DNA of 50,941 nt from Octopus bimaculoides (GCF_001194135.2 NC_068983.1:20668591-20719531); one strand, 5' to 3'; counted from the first letter of the stretch, positions 1-13,097 are shown. A program made the numbers and translations. The notes: generated from the letters alone by a model not told the origin.

Positions 1-196
1 TATATATATATATATATATATATATGTTTGCTCACGTATATATACATGTCATCATGTATATATATATGTCTATATATATATGTATACATGTATATATGTA
101 CCTAAATGTGTGTCTGTATGTGTGTGCGCGCGCGCAAGATTATGTGTGTGTGCATGTATATAACCTACGCTGGTGAACTGGGACTGGATGTCAGCC

Positions 197-246
197 ACAC
201 TCAATGAAATTCCTTTCAATTGATGATAGGAAATTTAATTGAGTGT
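197..246. repeat. Isolated imperfect inverted repeat (hairpin), ~22-bp stem
   Basis: The arm acactcaatgaaattcctttca pairs with tgataggaaatttaattgagtgt around a short attga loop. Confidence 0.75.
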
Positions 247-501
247 AAGTCCCATGGTATTACATATTCGACTGGCGCGGATTCGTGCTACTTGGCACAT
301 CATGAAATATACATAATTGGGAACTCATAGAGACGTTTATATTGAAACACAGACACACACACACACGAGCACACGCACGCACGTATGCAAAACATGTATA
401 TATATATTCGTTTACATATGTATGTTTGTACTTGTACGTATTAGTATATGGCCGTGTATGTATGTATGTATCAAGATCTATAAGTATGTATGAATATGTA
501 T

Positions 502-534
<33 letters not shown>

Positions 535-606
535 ATTATGTGTATTTCTTCTATCTTAATGAATAAAAATTCTTCTGATAGAATAAATGGGTTAATAGAA
601 ACCAAT
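535..606 (+). repeat. 72-bp segment with an exact inverted copy at 32594-32665
   Basis: attatgtgtatttcttc...gttaatagaaaccaat is the exact reverse complement of 32594-32665. Both copies abut (TA)n tracts near N-gaps. Confidence 0.9.
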
Positions 607-1830
607 GTAGCAAATATATATATANNNNNNNNNNNNNNNNNNNNNNNNNNNNNNNNNNNNNNNNNNNNNNNNNNNNNNNNNNNNNNNNNNNNNNNNNNNN
701 NNNNNNNNNNNNNNNNNNNNNNNNNNNNNNNNNNNNNNNNNNNNNNNNNNNNNNNNNNNNNNNNNNNNNNNNNNNNNNNNNNNNNNNNNNNNNNNNNNNN
801 NNNNNNNNNNNNNNNNNNNNNNNNNNNNNNNNNNNNNNNNNNNNNNNNNNNNNNNNNNNNNNNNNNNNNNNNNNNNNNNNNNNNNNNNNNNNNNNNNNNN
901 NNNNNNNNNNNNNNNNNNNNNNNNNNNNNNNNNNNNNNNNNNNNNNNNNNNNNNNNNNNNNNNNNNNNNNNNNNNNNNNNNNNNNNNNNNNNNNNNNNNN
1001 NNTATATATATATATATATGTATATATGATAGAGATCATTCCATAAACTTGCAATCGTCGTCTTACCTTCATTCACCTTATCTGAATATTTTAGTTTCAG
1101 TAGCATCTTACTTTTATATAATACCTGTATTTCTTTTGGAAGCATATTTTTAGTAAGTTGTTTACATTTTTTGTAAGCTCTACCTCAAGTTGTGCTTCTT
1201 TACTTGAGTGTATTGCTGGAAAATATTTCGCAAAGCATCACTACCTAGTCATATATCTTCGCTGAAATTTTCTGATTATATTAAAACAAATGGCTGCAAA
1301 AACGCTCATGCGCAATGGAAATCTTCATGTGCGCTTGCAAGTATGATAGTTACGTTAGTTATATTTATGAGGTGCGCACATACATGCATGTCCTTCTCAT
1401 ATACGTATTCCTTTCAAGTCTTCAGACGAATTATTATGCTAATGAAATATTGCATTCTCCACACTTTGTGTTTCCAATTCATTCGCCAGAAGGTTTTATT
1501 AAACCTGTCTATATTACAGCTGCCGCCATAGTAAGAAGCCGAGCGATGATACATTTTCATAGGTTACTTTTGTACATTTATGTTATATATTCCCTGTTAA
1601 GAACATTTATATGTGCAGAGCTGTTTCTTAAATGCAAATCATGCAACTACCGAAGCTGTCATACATTTTGACTAGATTTGTTTTCATAATGAAGCTTACT
1701 GGTGCATTGGTTTTGTGTTCTGTTCGCACAGTTTTTCGTGGTTCCTTCCAAATTCATCTATGAATACTTATGCATGCATATGCATTATACATACATAAGC
1801 AGACAAGCGTGCGCATATATTATAGTTACA

Positions 1831-1866
<36 letters not shown>

Positions 1867-2459
1867 NNNNNNNNNNNNNNNNNNNNNNNNNNNNNNNNNN
1901 NNNNNNNNNNNNGAGAGAGAGAGAGAGAGAGAGAGAGTCAGACAGATATATATATAACGTTTCGTGACATCCTTTGCTCACATGTATATATATATATATG
2001 CGTATACATGCAAGTATGTACATATACGTATGTAAATTTATATTTATATCATTATATGATTGAACACCACGCTCCGCTTCCAAGTAAGTTGTATTTTAAT
2101 AATGCTGATGCCCACTATATAAGATCGTTTTACTCTTTCGTTTTTCTCTCTTTTTGTTTCTTTTATTCTTTTACATACTTTTCTCCCACTATTCTATCTT
2201 ATTGCTCCCTCACTCCTCCTCCCGTGTTCACGTGGCTCTCACGTGACCATCGGCCATCTTTCTTGCTTCCTCTCGGTATTTTTACAGTTCTTTTATTCAA
2301 ATATATGCTTCATATATTTACTTTTTTTTATTTTTTACGATGGTTTTCTCTTTAAACAGAGCAGAACGTTTAAAGTTAGAAACGCACACGAGCTCACGTA
2401 GTGAATATTTTGGAAATAGATGTTAAATATTGTCTCTAACTGATGATTGCAAAGTATGT

Positions 2460-2758
2460 GGAGGCGCGTGGCTTAATGGTTAGGGTGTCAGTATCATGAG
2501 CGTAAGATTGTGGTTTCGATTCCGGACCGGGCGGCGCGTTGTGTTCTTGAGCAAAACACTTCGTTTCACGTTGCCCCAGTCCACTCAGCTAGCCAAAATT
2601 AGTAACGCTGCGATGGACTGGCGTGCCGTCGTGCTACGGAATACATACGCACTTGAAACCGGGAAAGCGGACCCATGAGCCTGGCTATGCTTTAAAAGGG
2701 CGAACAGTGTGGCAACACGGTGGTGCATCAGCATGGCCGCAGCTCTAAGCTGAAACTT
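2460..2758 (+). mobile_element. tRNA-derived SINE, short CORE-like ('OR-type') family, full length
   Basis: A box tggcttaatgg (2469-2479), B box ggtttcgattcc (2512-2523), CORE-like gttgtgttcttgagcaaaacactt, and 3' tail catcagcatggccgcagctctaagctgaaact ending in (TA)n. Related copies lie at 10537 and 23800. Confidence 0.85.
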
Positions 2759-4096
2759 TAATATATATATATATATANNNNNNNNNNNNNNNNNNNNNNN
2801 NNNNNNNNNNNNNNNNNNNNNNNNNNNNNNNNNNNNNNNNNNNNNNNNNNNNNNNNNNNNNNNNNNNNNNNNNNNNNNNNNNNNNNNNNNNNNNNNNNNN
2901 NNNNNNNNNNNNNNNNNNNNNNNNNNNNNNNNNNNNNNNNNNNNNNNNNNNNNNNNNNNNNNNNNNNNNNNNNNNNNNNNNNNNNNNNNNNNNNNNNNNN
3001 NNNNNNNNNNNNNNNNNNNNNNNNNNNNNNNNNNNNNNNNNNNNNNNNNNNNNNNNNNNNNNNNNNNNNNNNNNNNNNNNNNNNNNNNNNNNNNNNNNNN
3101 NNNNNNNNNNNNNNNNNNNNNNNNNNNNNNNNNNNNNNNNNNNNNNNNNNNNNNNNNNNNCGAAAATAATACAACATATGCAAAGCATCCACTTTATGTA
3201 AGTAAAATGAAACAGAATAAAACAGAAAGTAAATAAATAAAATGGAAAATAAACATGTCAAATCAACAGACTCAATGATTTTAGTTTCGATAAATATCAA
3301 AAGTAGTGATATTTTGACTCGTTCACCGAACATATTTTCTCAACGAGCACTCAACGCCTATCCCTTCGCACACAGACAGCATATAAACCTAAGTATACTA
3401 AAAGAGTAATCTCTCTATGAAAAGAATAACTGATTTCTGACTTACATCTGTATGTGTAAGCTGTTTTACTTCCAACGAAAGAAGCAAAATTAGGGACTAA
3501 CAGCTGTCGGAACCATTCACTAACAAAATGGCATTTCAGATACAAGTTTTCATTCTTAGATACACCTCTCTCTGTCTCTCGTTCTTCTTCTTCTTTCTTT
3601 TTTTTTTTTTTTTCGTTTTCGCATACATTACCTATTTGAGTCTGTTAGATACAGAGAAATTTAGAGCATTTACTTGCATAAGTGAACGTGTTTGCGTGTG
3701 TTATGCCCATCGTTGTTGTATGTTTACGCTATAAGCAAAATACTGAGATCTTTATATACATAATAAAGTAAATATATTTGTATTTAAGAAAGTTGCCTGC
3801 TATTCCGTTATATGGATTCATTACCATCGAACAAAGCATTCTTCAAAATGATGTTTCAATCAGAAAAGCGTTTCATTTCTTAAATGTAAAGGGGTTTGTT
3901 GTTAACTTGTAGCAAGTCTCAGAGATCAGAATTTCTTCATTCAACTTTTATAATTCCCTAGGTAGTATTTCAATCCGTGGTAGCAAATTAATATGATTAC
4001 CAGTATGACATTTTTCAGCTGCGTAGAAATGTGATAGGTGGGCTACGAACATTTACTGTACCCGATGTCTTAGTAAATGGAACGACTAAGAAATCT

Positions 4097-4513
4097 TTCT
4101 CTTGTTTCAGTTATTAAACTGCGGCCATGCTGGAGTAGCCACCGTCTTGAAGAATTTCAGCCGAATGAATCAACCCCAGTGCTTATTATTTTATTAATAT
4201 CTTATTTGTGTTTTGTAAAGCCTGGTACTTACTTTATTGGTCTCTATTGCCGAACCGCTAGATTACGGGGACGTAAACACACTAAAATCGGTTGTCAAGC
4301 GGTGGTTGGGGGACAAACAGTTACATGATGATACGCACGCATAGATATATTCATAAGACGGACTTCTTTTAGTTTGCGTCTCACAAATGCACTCACATCG
4401 CTTGGGTCAGCTCGTGAGTTTAATAAAAGAGACTTGCCCAAGATGCCACCCAGTGGGACTGAACCCAGACCTATGTGGTTAGGAAGCAATCTTCTTACCA
4501 CATAGCCATGCCT
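4097..4513 (-). mobile_element. tRNA-derived SINE, long CORE-like ('OK-type') family, full length and diverged
   Basis: Minus strand reads aggcatggctatgtggtaagaag...ctgggttcagtcccactgggtggcatcttgggcaagtct...ttagcggttcggcaa-like body, ending ccagcatggccgcagtttaataactgaaacaag. It is collinear with the copy at 45453-45849. Confidence 0.85.
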
Positions 4514-4632
4514 AATGTATGCAAATAAATTCTAATTCAAATTCCTACCTTAATATATATATGTATATATATTAGAACAATCAATATACATACACATTTA
4601 GCAAAGTTGCTAGCTTTCCAACATATTACTAG

Positions 4633-4779
4633 ATTGAAGCGTATCAAGGAGTGGTGAAGGAGCATATTAAAGGAAGTTGCCTCTTGTTTAACGAAGTCTT
4701 CCGCCAATATAGAATAACAAATGCAACCTCGATTTTCTTAAATTTATTAGAAAGAATTGTCCAACCATTCACAAAGGAT
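4633..4779 (+). CDS. Candidate orphan coding exon (phase 0/0): IEAYQGVVKEHIKGSCLLFNEVFRQYRITNATSIFLNLLERIVQPFTKD
   Basis: Acceptor ttactag, 147-nt stop-free frame, donor GAT/gtaagg. No recognisable homology. Confidence 0.2.
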
Positions 4780-5457
4780 GTAAGGTATTGAAAAACAATG
4801 ATATTGAATCAGCAACAGGTGCACAAGGCATCTTGATAAAATCGCACACGCACACACGCACACACACACACACACACATGCACACACACTCACACCCACA
4901 CACATACACACGCGCATGTATACTCACAGCTATATAAATGATGAGGTAACGAGACCAACATACAGAAATGTAAATGCAATTTCAAGATGAAGGATAACTG
5001 CTCGTTTCTTGGTAAGTTCCTTAGCAACGGAATCGTATTCACAGCTAAAGTTTCTTCCCAAGAGGTTAGCAAGTGAAAGGAAATGATCCGTAGCAATAAG
5101 CAAAGCTATTGCCTAAGGCATTTCCATAACTATAAGAAATTCATATGAGATTAAAGTAAAACTATATAAACTGCCTTAGCTTTATCAGAATACTTAGCCA
5201 GGTTAAAAGATATGGTAAAGATATACCTATTGAATGGTCAAACTTCAAAATTACCCATGCCACCTAAAAATAACACAGCTGGCCAAATTATGTTGATATG
5301 GTATTTCAATATATCAAATATAAATTAAAAATACGAACGGTAATCATATCAGAAATATTTTCTAGCTGTTTTAGTGAGATCTACCAGAGAAGACTAGAAA
5401 ACACACACTTACTCTGAACACAGAAAACTGTTATTTTTAAAATCATTCCTCGCTCAG

Positions 5458-5548
5458 ATTCTACCTGGAGAATACTTGAACCAAGAGAAAATCTAAGAGC
5501 GAAGCGAGGAAGTGATACAGATATAAAGAGAAGGAAAGTTTATGACTG
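5458..5548 (+). CDS. Candidate orphan coding exon (phase 1/2): STWRILEPRENLRAKRGSDTDIKRRKVYD
   Basis: Acceptor tcattcctcgctcag, 91-nt open frame, donor TG/gtgaga. No recognisable homology. Confidence 0.15.
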
Positions 5549-5884
5549 GTGAGAGAAAACAGTATTTCGTATTTTCTCAACTGTAGAACGTTTTGACTAA
5601 ATTCACATTACTTAACAATAGGAGGGTATTATCTCTAAGTAGGGAGTTCTAGATGCGAGGCACAGTGTAGAACTGTAAGATGGGAACATACTGTAAGTTT
5701 TCATTATTGCAATACGCTGCAATGGGATAGTTCATTCTTTTCGAAGGGAAATGCCTGATCATAAACCAGAAATTCTCTTCTCTATAATACGTCGTAGTTC
5801 AGAATCCGATTGCACACATGCACACATGCACACGTGTATGAGTATGTGTATATATGTGCATGTGTTTCTTCATTCATACAGACA

Positions 5885-5918
<34 letters not shown>

Positions 5919-5928
5919 NNNNNNNNNN

Positions 5929-5971
<43 letters not shown>

Positions 5972-6218
5972 ATGGGGAGTGGCACTGGGTGGATATGGTG
6001 GTTTACATCTTTTAGCATAAGAGAGAATTTTACTATCCACAGTAACTGCTGGGAATTTATCTTTAGATGTTGAAATATATCTCAAACATATTTTAACTAA
6101 CCTAAAGATACGTACACCTGAACAGTGCTAAGTGCTGTTACTGCTTAAGACACACATACACACACCTGCCTTTCTCGAAGAGCATTGGGTACTACGTATT
6201 CTACACAGTAACTTACTG

Positions 6219-6454
6219 TTTCTTATTTCTTTACTGCCCACAAGGGGCTACACACAGAGGGGACAAACAAGGACAGACAAACGGATTAAGTCGATTATAT
6301 CGACTCCAGTGCGTAACTGGTACTTATTTAATCGACCCCCGAAAGGATGAAAGGCAAAGTCGACCTCGGCGGAATTTGAACTCAGAACGTAGCGGCAGAC
6401 GAAATACCGATAAGCATTTCGCCCGGCATGCTACCGTTTCTGCCAGCTCGCCGC
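6219..6454 (-). mobile_element. Nin-domain tRNA-derived SINE, young copy, tail type C
   Basis: Minus strand: gcggcgagctggcagaaacggtagcatgccgggcgaaatgc...gagttcaaattccgccgagg (B box), Nin-like gcctttcatcctttcgggggtcgattaaataagtaccag, tail taatccgtttgtctgtccttgtttgtcccctc...gtgggcagtaaagaaataag. CpGs are largely intact. Confidence 0.9.
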
Positions 6455-6627
6455 TGATGCTTACTGTTTCTGCCACATCAGGTTTAATAGTAGAACATGG
6501 TGTAATAATTACACTTCGTTCGAAAGGTAATAGTAATTTAAATTAAATATTTTTACCATATTTTCCTTTACATTTTAATAAGTGCGATATTCAGTCTCTT
6601 AGAGTGAAGCGGTCAGTAAAACAGAAA

Positions 6628-6730
6628 ATAATCCTTTCTACTACAGGCACAAGGCCTGAAATGTTAGGGGCATGATAAATGGATTACATCAACTCCAGCG
6701 ATCGACTGGTGCTTATTTAATCACCCACGG
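6628..6730 (-). mobile_element. Nin-SINE 3' fragment, tail type A
   Basis: The segment aatcctttctactacaggcacaaggcctgaaat...actggtgcttattt matches the 3' half of the copies at 11083 and 34661. Confidence 0.7.
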
Positions 6731-8306
6731 TGGACAGAAAATAATAAGACGATTATACATCAAATCTATCTTACATTTATAAAGTATTTTCTTGAATGTT
6801 CAGAATTATTTTTAGTAATATGGTATTAGAGAGCGTTGTAAAATGGTAGAGCCGATAGAGCATCAAACAATTTGATTTTACTTTAGAGATGTCACTTTAC
6901 GCTCGGATTTCGAAATCTGCTAGCTTCAAGCTTACCGTTCATACATCTTAACTGATGAACTATTTACTTTCAAGTTCTGAAGTCAATATGGTACAATGCC
7001 ATGTCTTCTTTAAAGTGTGTGGCTTCTAACCAATGTTAGGAATCAATACTGTAGATATGATGTAATAATATATATATCGTATGTATTTTGTATCTCAATC
7101 GCAAAGATTATGCTTTGAGACAACGCTTCATCAGATGGAATTCACTTCGTAATATTATAGCTGTACCGATTCTAATATGGTTGGGTGGCAAAATTAACAT
7201 TACCGTAATAGAAAAACATTCTATTTGCCAATTTTCTGACAGAAGACGGTTCAATATCCATCGTTACGTTTCCTTAGCAAGCTAAGAAGTTTGCTGACTA
7301 TAGATAAAAAAAAGAAAACGATCCGAAAAAGAAAAACAAACATTTAGCGATGAGACTGTCATTTAAGTGCTTACTTTCAAGATTTTTTTTAATACAAGTA
7401 ATAAATTCCGATTTTACAGACAGTTTTCTAATTTCAAGTATGAAGACGATGTGCTTTTAAGTTGGCACACTCGAAAACAAATTATAAGATGCGTCACTTC
7501 TTAAATTATCAACTTCATAAATCATTCACATTAGAAAGGATAAACTTGGATATAATGTTTTCGAAATGATTCATGAAGTGCAAAAGAGAAATGTAAAAAA
7601 CTTATAGAGAGTGAGGAAAGGGAGGAACAGAGAGGAGGAGATTTAGAGAGACTGACAAAGAGTAACTGCAAGAAAAATATTGTACAGAAGTTGTGTGAAG
7701 GTGAAGAACACTTGAATGCACGAAGACAAACGGTGTTTCAGAGAGGATTATATATATANNNNNNNNNNNNNNNNNNNNNNNNNNNNNNNNNNNNNNNNNN
7801 NNNNNNNNNNNNNNNNNNNNNNNNNNNNNNNNNNNNNNNNNNNNNNNNNNNNNNNNNNNNNNNNNNNNNNNNNNNNNNNNNNNNNNNNNNNNNNNNNNNN
7901 NNNNNNNNNNNNNNNNNNNNNNNNNNNNNNNNNNNNNNNNNNNNNNNNNNNNNNNNNNNNNNNNNNNNNNNNNNNNNNNNNNNNNNNNNNNNNNNNNNNN
8001 NNNNNNNNNNNNNNNNNNNNNNNNNNNNNNNNNNNNNNNNNNNNNNNNNNNNNNNNNNNNNNNNNNNNNNNNNNNNNNNNNNNNNNNNNNNNNNNNNNNN
8101 NNNNNNNNNNNNNNNNNNNNNNNNNNNNNNNNNNNNNNNNNNNNNNNNNNNNNNNNNNNNNNNNNNNNNNTATATATATATATATATATATGCACACATG
8201 TTTCATTACTCCCAATGAATATATATGTAATATATATACATATATGTCTGCATGTATGTATATATATATGTACATGTATGTACGTATAATGTATATATCA
8301 GCTATG

Positions 8307-8375
<69 letters not shown>

Positions 8376-8861
8376 ATAAACATATATGCATATATGTATG
8401 TATTTGTATACATACATGGGCATATGTAAGCGGTATAGAGTGAGTCACACAGTAAATCTATGTATGTTAGCGACAAGATCAATAGTGTATCAGCGTAAAA
8501 CAGAAAGAACAGTTAGGGGAGATAAAAGGAAAAGGAAAATCAACACTAGAACAAACTAGTTAAAAATACACAATAAAGGGAACGAAAGTATCTAACTTTT
8601 AGGATTGAATACGCATACAGCTGCATCAGTAATTGAATATCAGAATTAAGGAAAATGGTTGATGATAGAATGCCAGTTAAAATGCATGCCGTAAAAAGGT
8701 CGTCAGGAATCCTATACAGAGTGAGGGAGCAAATGTACCCACATTTTAAATTTCTTAATGAAAATATAATTTATTTCAATATATTATTCCGATTGCACGC
8801 TTAAGTGAAAATACGTTTGAATATTCTAAATTAATTTGTCTCTTTTCTTCATAACGTATCT

Positions 8862-8990
8862 ATGTATGTGCGTACGTATCTACGCATGTATGTATGTATG
8901 TATGTAGGTATGTATGTATGTATATATGTATGTATGTATGTTTGTATGTATGTATATTTGTATGTATGTATGTATGTATGTATGCGTATA
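8862..8990. repeat. (GTAT)n tetranucleotide microsatellite, imperfect
   Basis: Direct reading of the sequence. Confidence 0.9.
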
Positions 8991-9411
8991 CGTATATATA
9001 CGTGTGTCTGTGTATGGATAAATCTAGCTTTCATGTAAAACTTCATTGAATCCGTATGCACGTAGAAATTTTCCCTACTTTACTTCGTCTCTTTCTTTCT
9101 TTCTCTATCTACTGCAACCTCTCATAAAAGTCATTCTCTAATAGTAACAGTCACATTATATCTTAGCTATAAGCATCGAATTCCCAAAGTTACCTAAGCT
9201 GTCGCTCTCAACGTGAAATTTTGTGTAAAAACTGAAAAATCCTATGCATTAATTAGATTTCTTTCAATTATTCATATTTTAGGAATTTGTAATCAATATG
9301 GAAATTTTGAAATAATTCTCGAATGTAGATATCATAAAGATCGTATTTCACATGTAACTTTATTACTGATTGTCATTTAATTTCGATATCAGTAAGATAA
9401 ATAAACGAAAT

Positions 9412-9530
9412 CGGTGAGCTGGCAGAATCGTTAGCACGTCGGACAGAATGCTTAGCGGGATTTCGTCCATCTTTACGTTGTGAGTTCAAATTTTCCCGTG
9501 TTTGACTTTGCTTTTCATCCTTTCGCCGTT
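9412..9530 (+). mobile_element. Nin-SINE, 3'-truncated, diverged
   Basis: cggtgagctggcagaatcgttagcacg...gagttcaaatt...gactttgcttttcatcctttcg. Confidence 0.8.
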
Positions 9531-10536
9531 GAATTATTATCTCAGATAGTTCTGAAATGTCTTTTTTATGTGAGAGAATAATTACGAAGATGATGATCGC
9601 ATTCATAATACCGATGATAGCATTCATAATACCGAGGAAGAATTGTGTAAAGGAAAAAAAAAAAAAAAGGGTTTTAGTTTTGTCTTTGAATTTCGCGTCG
9701 GAACGTGACTACCTAAAAGTCGTAGACGGAACGTTCCACATGCTTATAGCTTAATTTGTCATCGATCGTTTTCTATACGCATTGATCAATAGTACCGGAA
9801 AAATATGAGATGGGATTTTAACAAATAATTGCAACTGTTTTGTCAGATAAGGAAATAATGAATCTATCCTTCTTCAAGATATTGAGTAAGCTGTAACTGA
9901 ATAATATTGAAACCATGTTGTTTCTAGGTTTCGCATGACAAAGAATTTAGCACAAAGCTTGTGTTTTGTCATTTGTTTAAAACGTTTTATTAATGATAAC
10001 AATAACAATAGTGGAGTAAATTGCAAAAGTCAATTCTAATTTTTAAAATATTGCATGAATTAATTTTAAGAGACTGAAAAAATTCTACGAACACTTAAAT
10101 ATCAAAACTGTCATTACTGTTATGACTTGGTTGTTTTTTATTTATCTATTTAATTTTTTTTGTGATAGAAAATATTTGTTCCCGAAAACTTCCTAGAGTA
10201 ATACATGAAAGATCGATCAACTTAATATTTCACATAAGTAGCGTGCATTTAATGAAATAACATTTAATGAAAAATTACAATTCCGTTGTGTTGAGCTCAA
10301 ATACTTTTGATAATTACTTCTTTTGAAGAAGGAAAATATTATAAACTTGAAGCATAAATTCGAAAACATCGGTTTGTTTACTCATTTCTTTTAAAGATGA
10401 TTATTGACTTCAGGGACACAGAAAATTTTATTTTGAAAATAGGATATGATATTTGAAATGCCAGAGTATTTTAAGCAGACTAATTTATACACATAATATC
10501 GGATTACATTAAATGTTATGACGGATCATCGCATAA

Positions 10537-10641
10537 AGTGAAATAAAGTGTCTTGCTGAAGGACACAACGCGTCACCGGAAATTGGACTCACGTGCTTAC
10601 GATCGTGATCTGAATACCCTAACCACTAAGCCACGCGCCTT
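10537..10641 (-). mobile_element. OR-type SINE, 5' half (tRNA head plus CORE-like segment)
   Basis: Minus strand aaggcgcgtggcttagtggttagggtattcag...gcgttgtgtccttcagcaagacactttatttcact matches the head of the copy at 2460. Confidence 0.8.
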
Positions 10642-11082
10642 TACGACCCTTATATATATACTTTGGATGGGTTCAGCTTCAGCAGCAATGTAATAAAACT
10701 GTCATCATAGGAGTTTCTCGGATACTTTAAATGGCATAAAATATTCTATCGTGTAATTAAAATTAGGGCTCTCTATGTATGCATTTCAATACAGAAAATT
10801 AGAAGGGTTTGGAAATACAATTACCTCTACTAGTCGTAATAATTAAAGAGCTTACCCCACTTCTCGGAACAAACCTTTTACGGATTGATAATATACAAAT
10901 AGTTGTAAACCAGATTATGCTATACTTACGTATTTAAAATTGTTTCATGCACTTCTTAACCTTATTAATGGGGTAACAGAATATTATTGCTATGTGATAC
11001 ATGTGTTTTCCCTGTAACTGATAAATATTTTAATGATGCTCCTCTGCCTTTAGAAAGTAGGATGAGTTTGAGACTGTAAGAT

Positions 11083-11478
11083 ATTATTTTCTACTCTAGG
11101 CACAAAGCCCTATATGTTGGGGAGGGAGCCAGTTGATTAAATCGCAGTACGCAACTGGCACTCAATTTATCGACCTCGAAACGATGAAGGGCAAAGTCGA
11201 CCTCGGCGGAATTTGAACTCGGAAAGTAAAGACAGACGAAATACCTATTTATTTACTGCCCACAAGGGGCTACACACAGAGGGGACAAACAAGGACAGAC
11301 AAACGGATTAAGTCGATTATATCGACCCCAGTACATAACTGGTACTTAATTTATCGACCCCCGAAAGGATGAAAGGCAAAGTCGACCTCGGCGGAATTTG
11401 AACTCAAAACGCAGTGGCAGACGAAATATCGCTAAGTATTTCGTCCGGCGCGCTAACGTTTCTGCCAGCTCGCCGCCT
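11083..11478 (-). mobile_element. Head-to-tail Nin-SINE dimer: tail-C copy (11246-11478) followed by a 5'-truncated tail-A copy (11083-11245)
   Basis: Two collinear copies of aaagtcgacctcggcggaatttgaactc, each with a different 3' tail. Confidence 0.9.
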
Positions 11479-11921
11479 AATGAGACTAAGATATTATACT
11501 AGGTATCATGTATGATTAGCCTAGTATTCTTTGTATTATAAATGTCAATACACATCAATATANNNNNNNNNNNNNNNNNNNNNNNNNNNNNNNNNNNNNN
11601 NNNNNNNNNNNNNNNNNNNNNNNNNNNNNNNNNNNNNNNNNNNNNNNNNNNNNNNNNNNNNNNNNNNNNNNNNNNNNNNNNNNNNNNNNNNNNNNNNNNN
11701 NNNNNNNNNNNNNNNNNNNNNNNNNNNNNNNNNNNNNNNNNNNNNNNNNNNNNNNNNNNNNNNNNNNNNNNNNNNNNNNNNNNNNNNNNNNNNNNNNNNN
11801 NNNNNNNNNNNNNNNNNNNNNNNNNNNNNNNNNNNNNNNNNNNNNNNNNNNNNNNNNNNNNNNNNNNNNNNNNNNNNNNNNNNNNNNNNNNNNNNNNNNN
11901 NNNNNNNNNNNNNNNNNNNNN

Positions 11922-11954
<33 letters not shown>

Positions 11955-12804
11955 GCAGCGAATAAAATATAAAATAAGACTAACTTCCGTTGAGAATATT
12001 CTTCATTTTCTTTTACAGAATCTGGCTAAAATGTATCCACTGAGAATTTTGTTAACCGGAAATGTAATTGAATATATGGGGGAAAGCTATTAAATTATAG
12101 TTTTAGCAGATGTTAAGAGATCTTCTTTGTAAAGAAAACATATACACTTCGTACTAATATCAATTAGAGGATAGCATTTCGCAAACGCATAGGCCACCCA
12201 TTTTGATTCGAAACCTGGTTGAAGTCTGATAAAACTGTTTGTTTGTATGTTTGGGAGAGAGCATATGGGTGTAGCTTAATGATAAACGTACTTAAGTGTG
12301 CGTAAATGTGGTTCGGAGAAAATGCACGTCTAAAAATATCACAGATTATTTTTTAATGGGCGAAGTTATTTTAAGAATGCATTTGCTGTCTCTGAAGTAC
12401 ATATTGACTATTGTGTTATAATGCCTAAACAAAGAAGCCACGCTAAATTAGTAACTTGATAATGGTGCATCAGATGAAGTGAATTGGTTTTCTTTCCGAA
12501 AGTGCTCTTACTCTATTGCAATCATCCATATATTATGTAATTAGTGTTAGGTAGTAATTGTTAAAAATTAACATAATCAATAACTACATTATTTTATAAT
12601 TACTTCCTATTTACTGATAACGAAATTAGTTTTTTTGTTGTATTTCTAATTAGTTGCAGAAATATTTCTGGTACTTATAAATATGGATATCAATTCAAGT
12701 GTGTATGTGTGTGTGTGTGTGTGTGTGTGCATGTTCTTATGTGTCTATGTGTGTGTGTATAACCTCAGGAGTGCGTTTATATGTATATATGTGTATATGT
12801 ATAC

Positions 12805-12894
<90 letters not shown>

Positions 12895-13097
12895 ATAATA
12901 TGACTCTCTTATTATTCTAGTTAATTATTCATTGTAGCATTTTAACAGACCAATTAACAAAGATATATTTTTACTCCAGATCATCGTTTCTCAAGTATAA
13001 TATTTTCTAGTATTTTTCTCTTTTTTTTTCTTCTTCTTCTTTTTGTGTGGAAGCATATGCAGCAACCAAAAAAACTAAGCGAGAGCTTAAAGACATA

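Noticed and set aside
2460-2530. tRNA gene (A and B boxes; likewise the other SINE heads)
   Set aside because: No complete cloverleaf, and each head continues into a SINE body and tail.
3456-3529. Minus-strand candidate exon EWFRQLLVPNFASFVGSKTAYTYR with gtaagt donor
   Set aside because: Short, unrecognised, and without a compatible neighbouring exon; at chance level in AT-rich DNA.
5014-7281. RFX X-box-like motifs (gttccttagcaac at ~5015; gtttccttagcaag at ~7268)
   Set aside because: Imperfect matches with no identifiable promoter.
7577-7755. Glu/Lys-rich open frame (KKLIESEEREEQRGGDLERL...)
   Set aside because: Explained by purine-rich low-complexity DNA. It runs into (TA)n and a gap, and has no acceptor or recognisable homology.
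8655-8715. MVDDRMPVK...KRSSG resembling an RTE LINE C-terminus; adjacent tatacagagtg Tc1-like end
   Set aside because: Both matches are too short and have no partner sequence.
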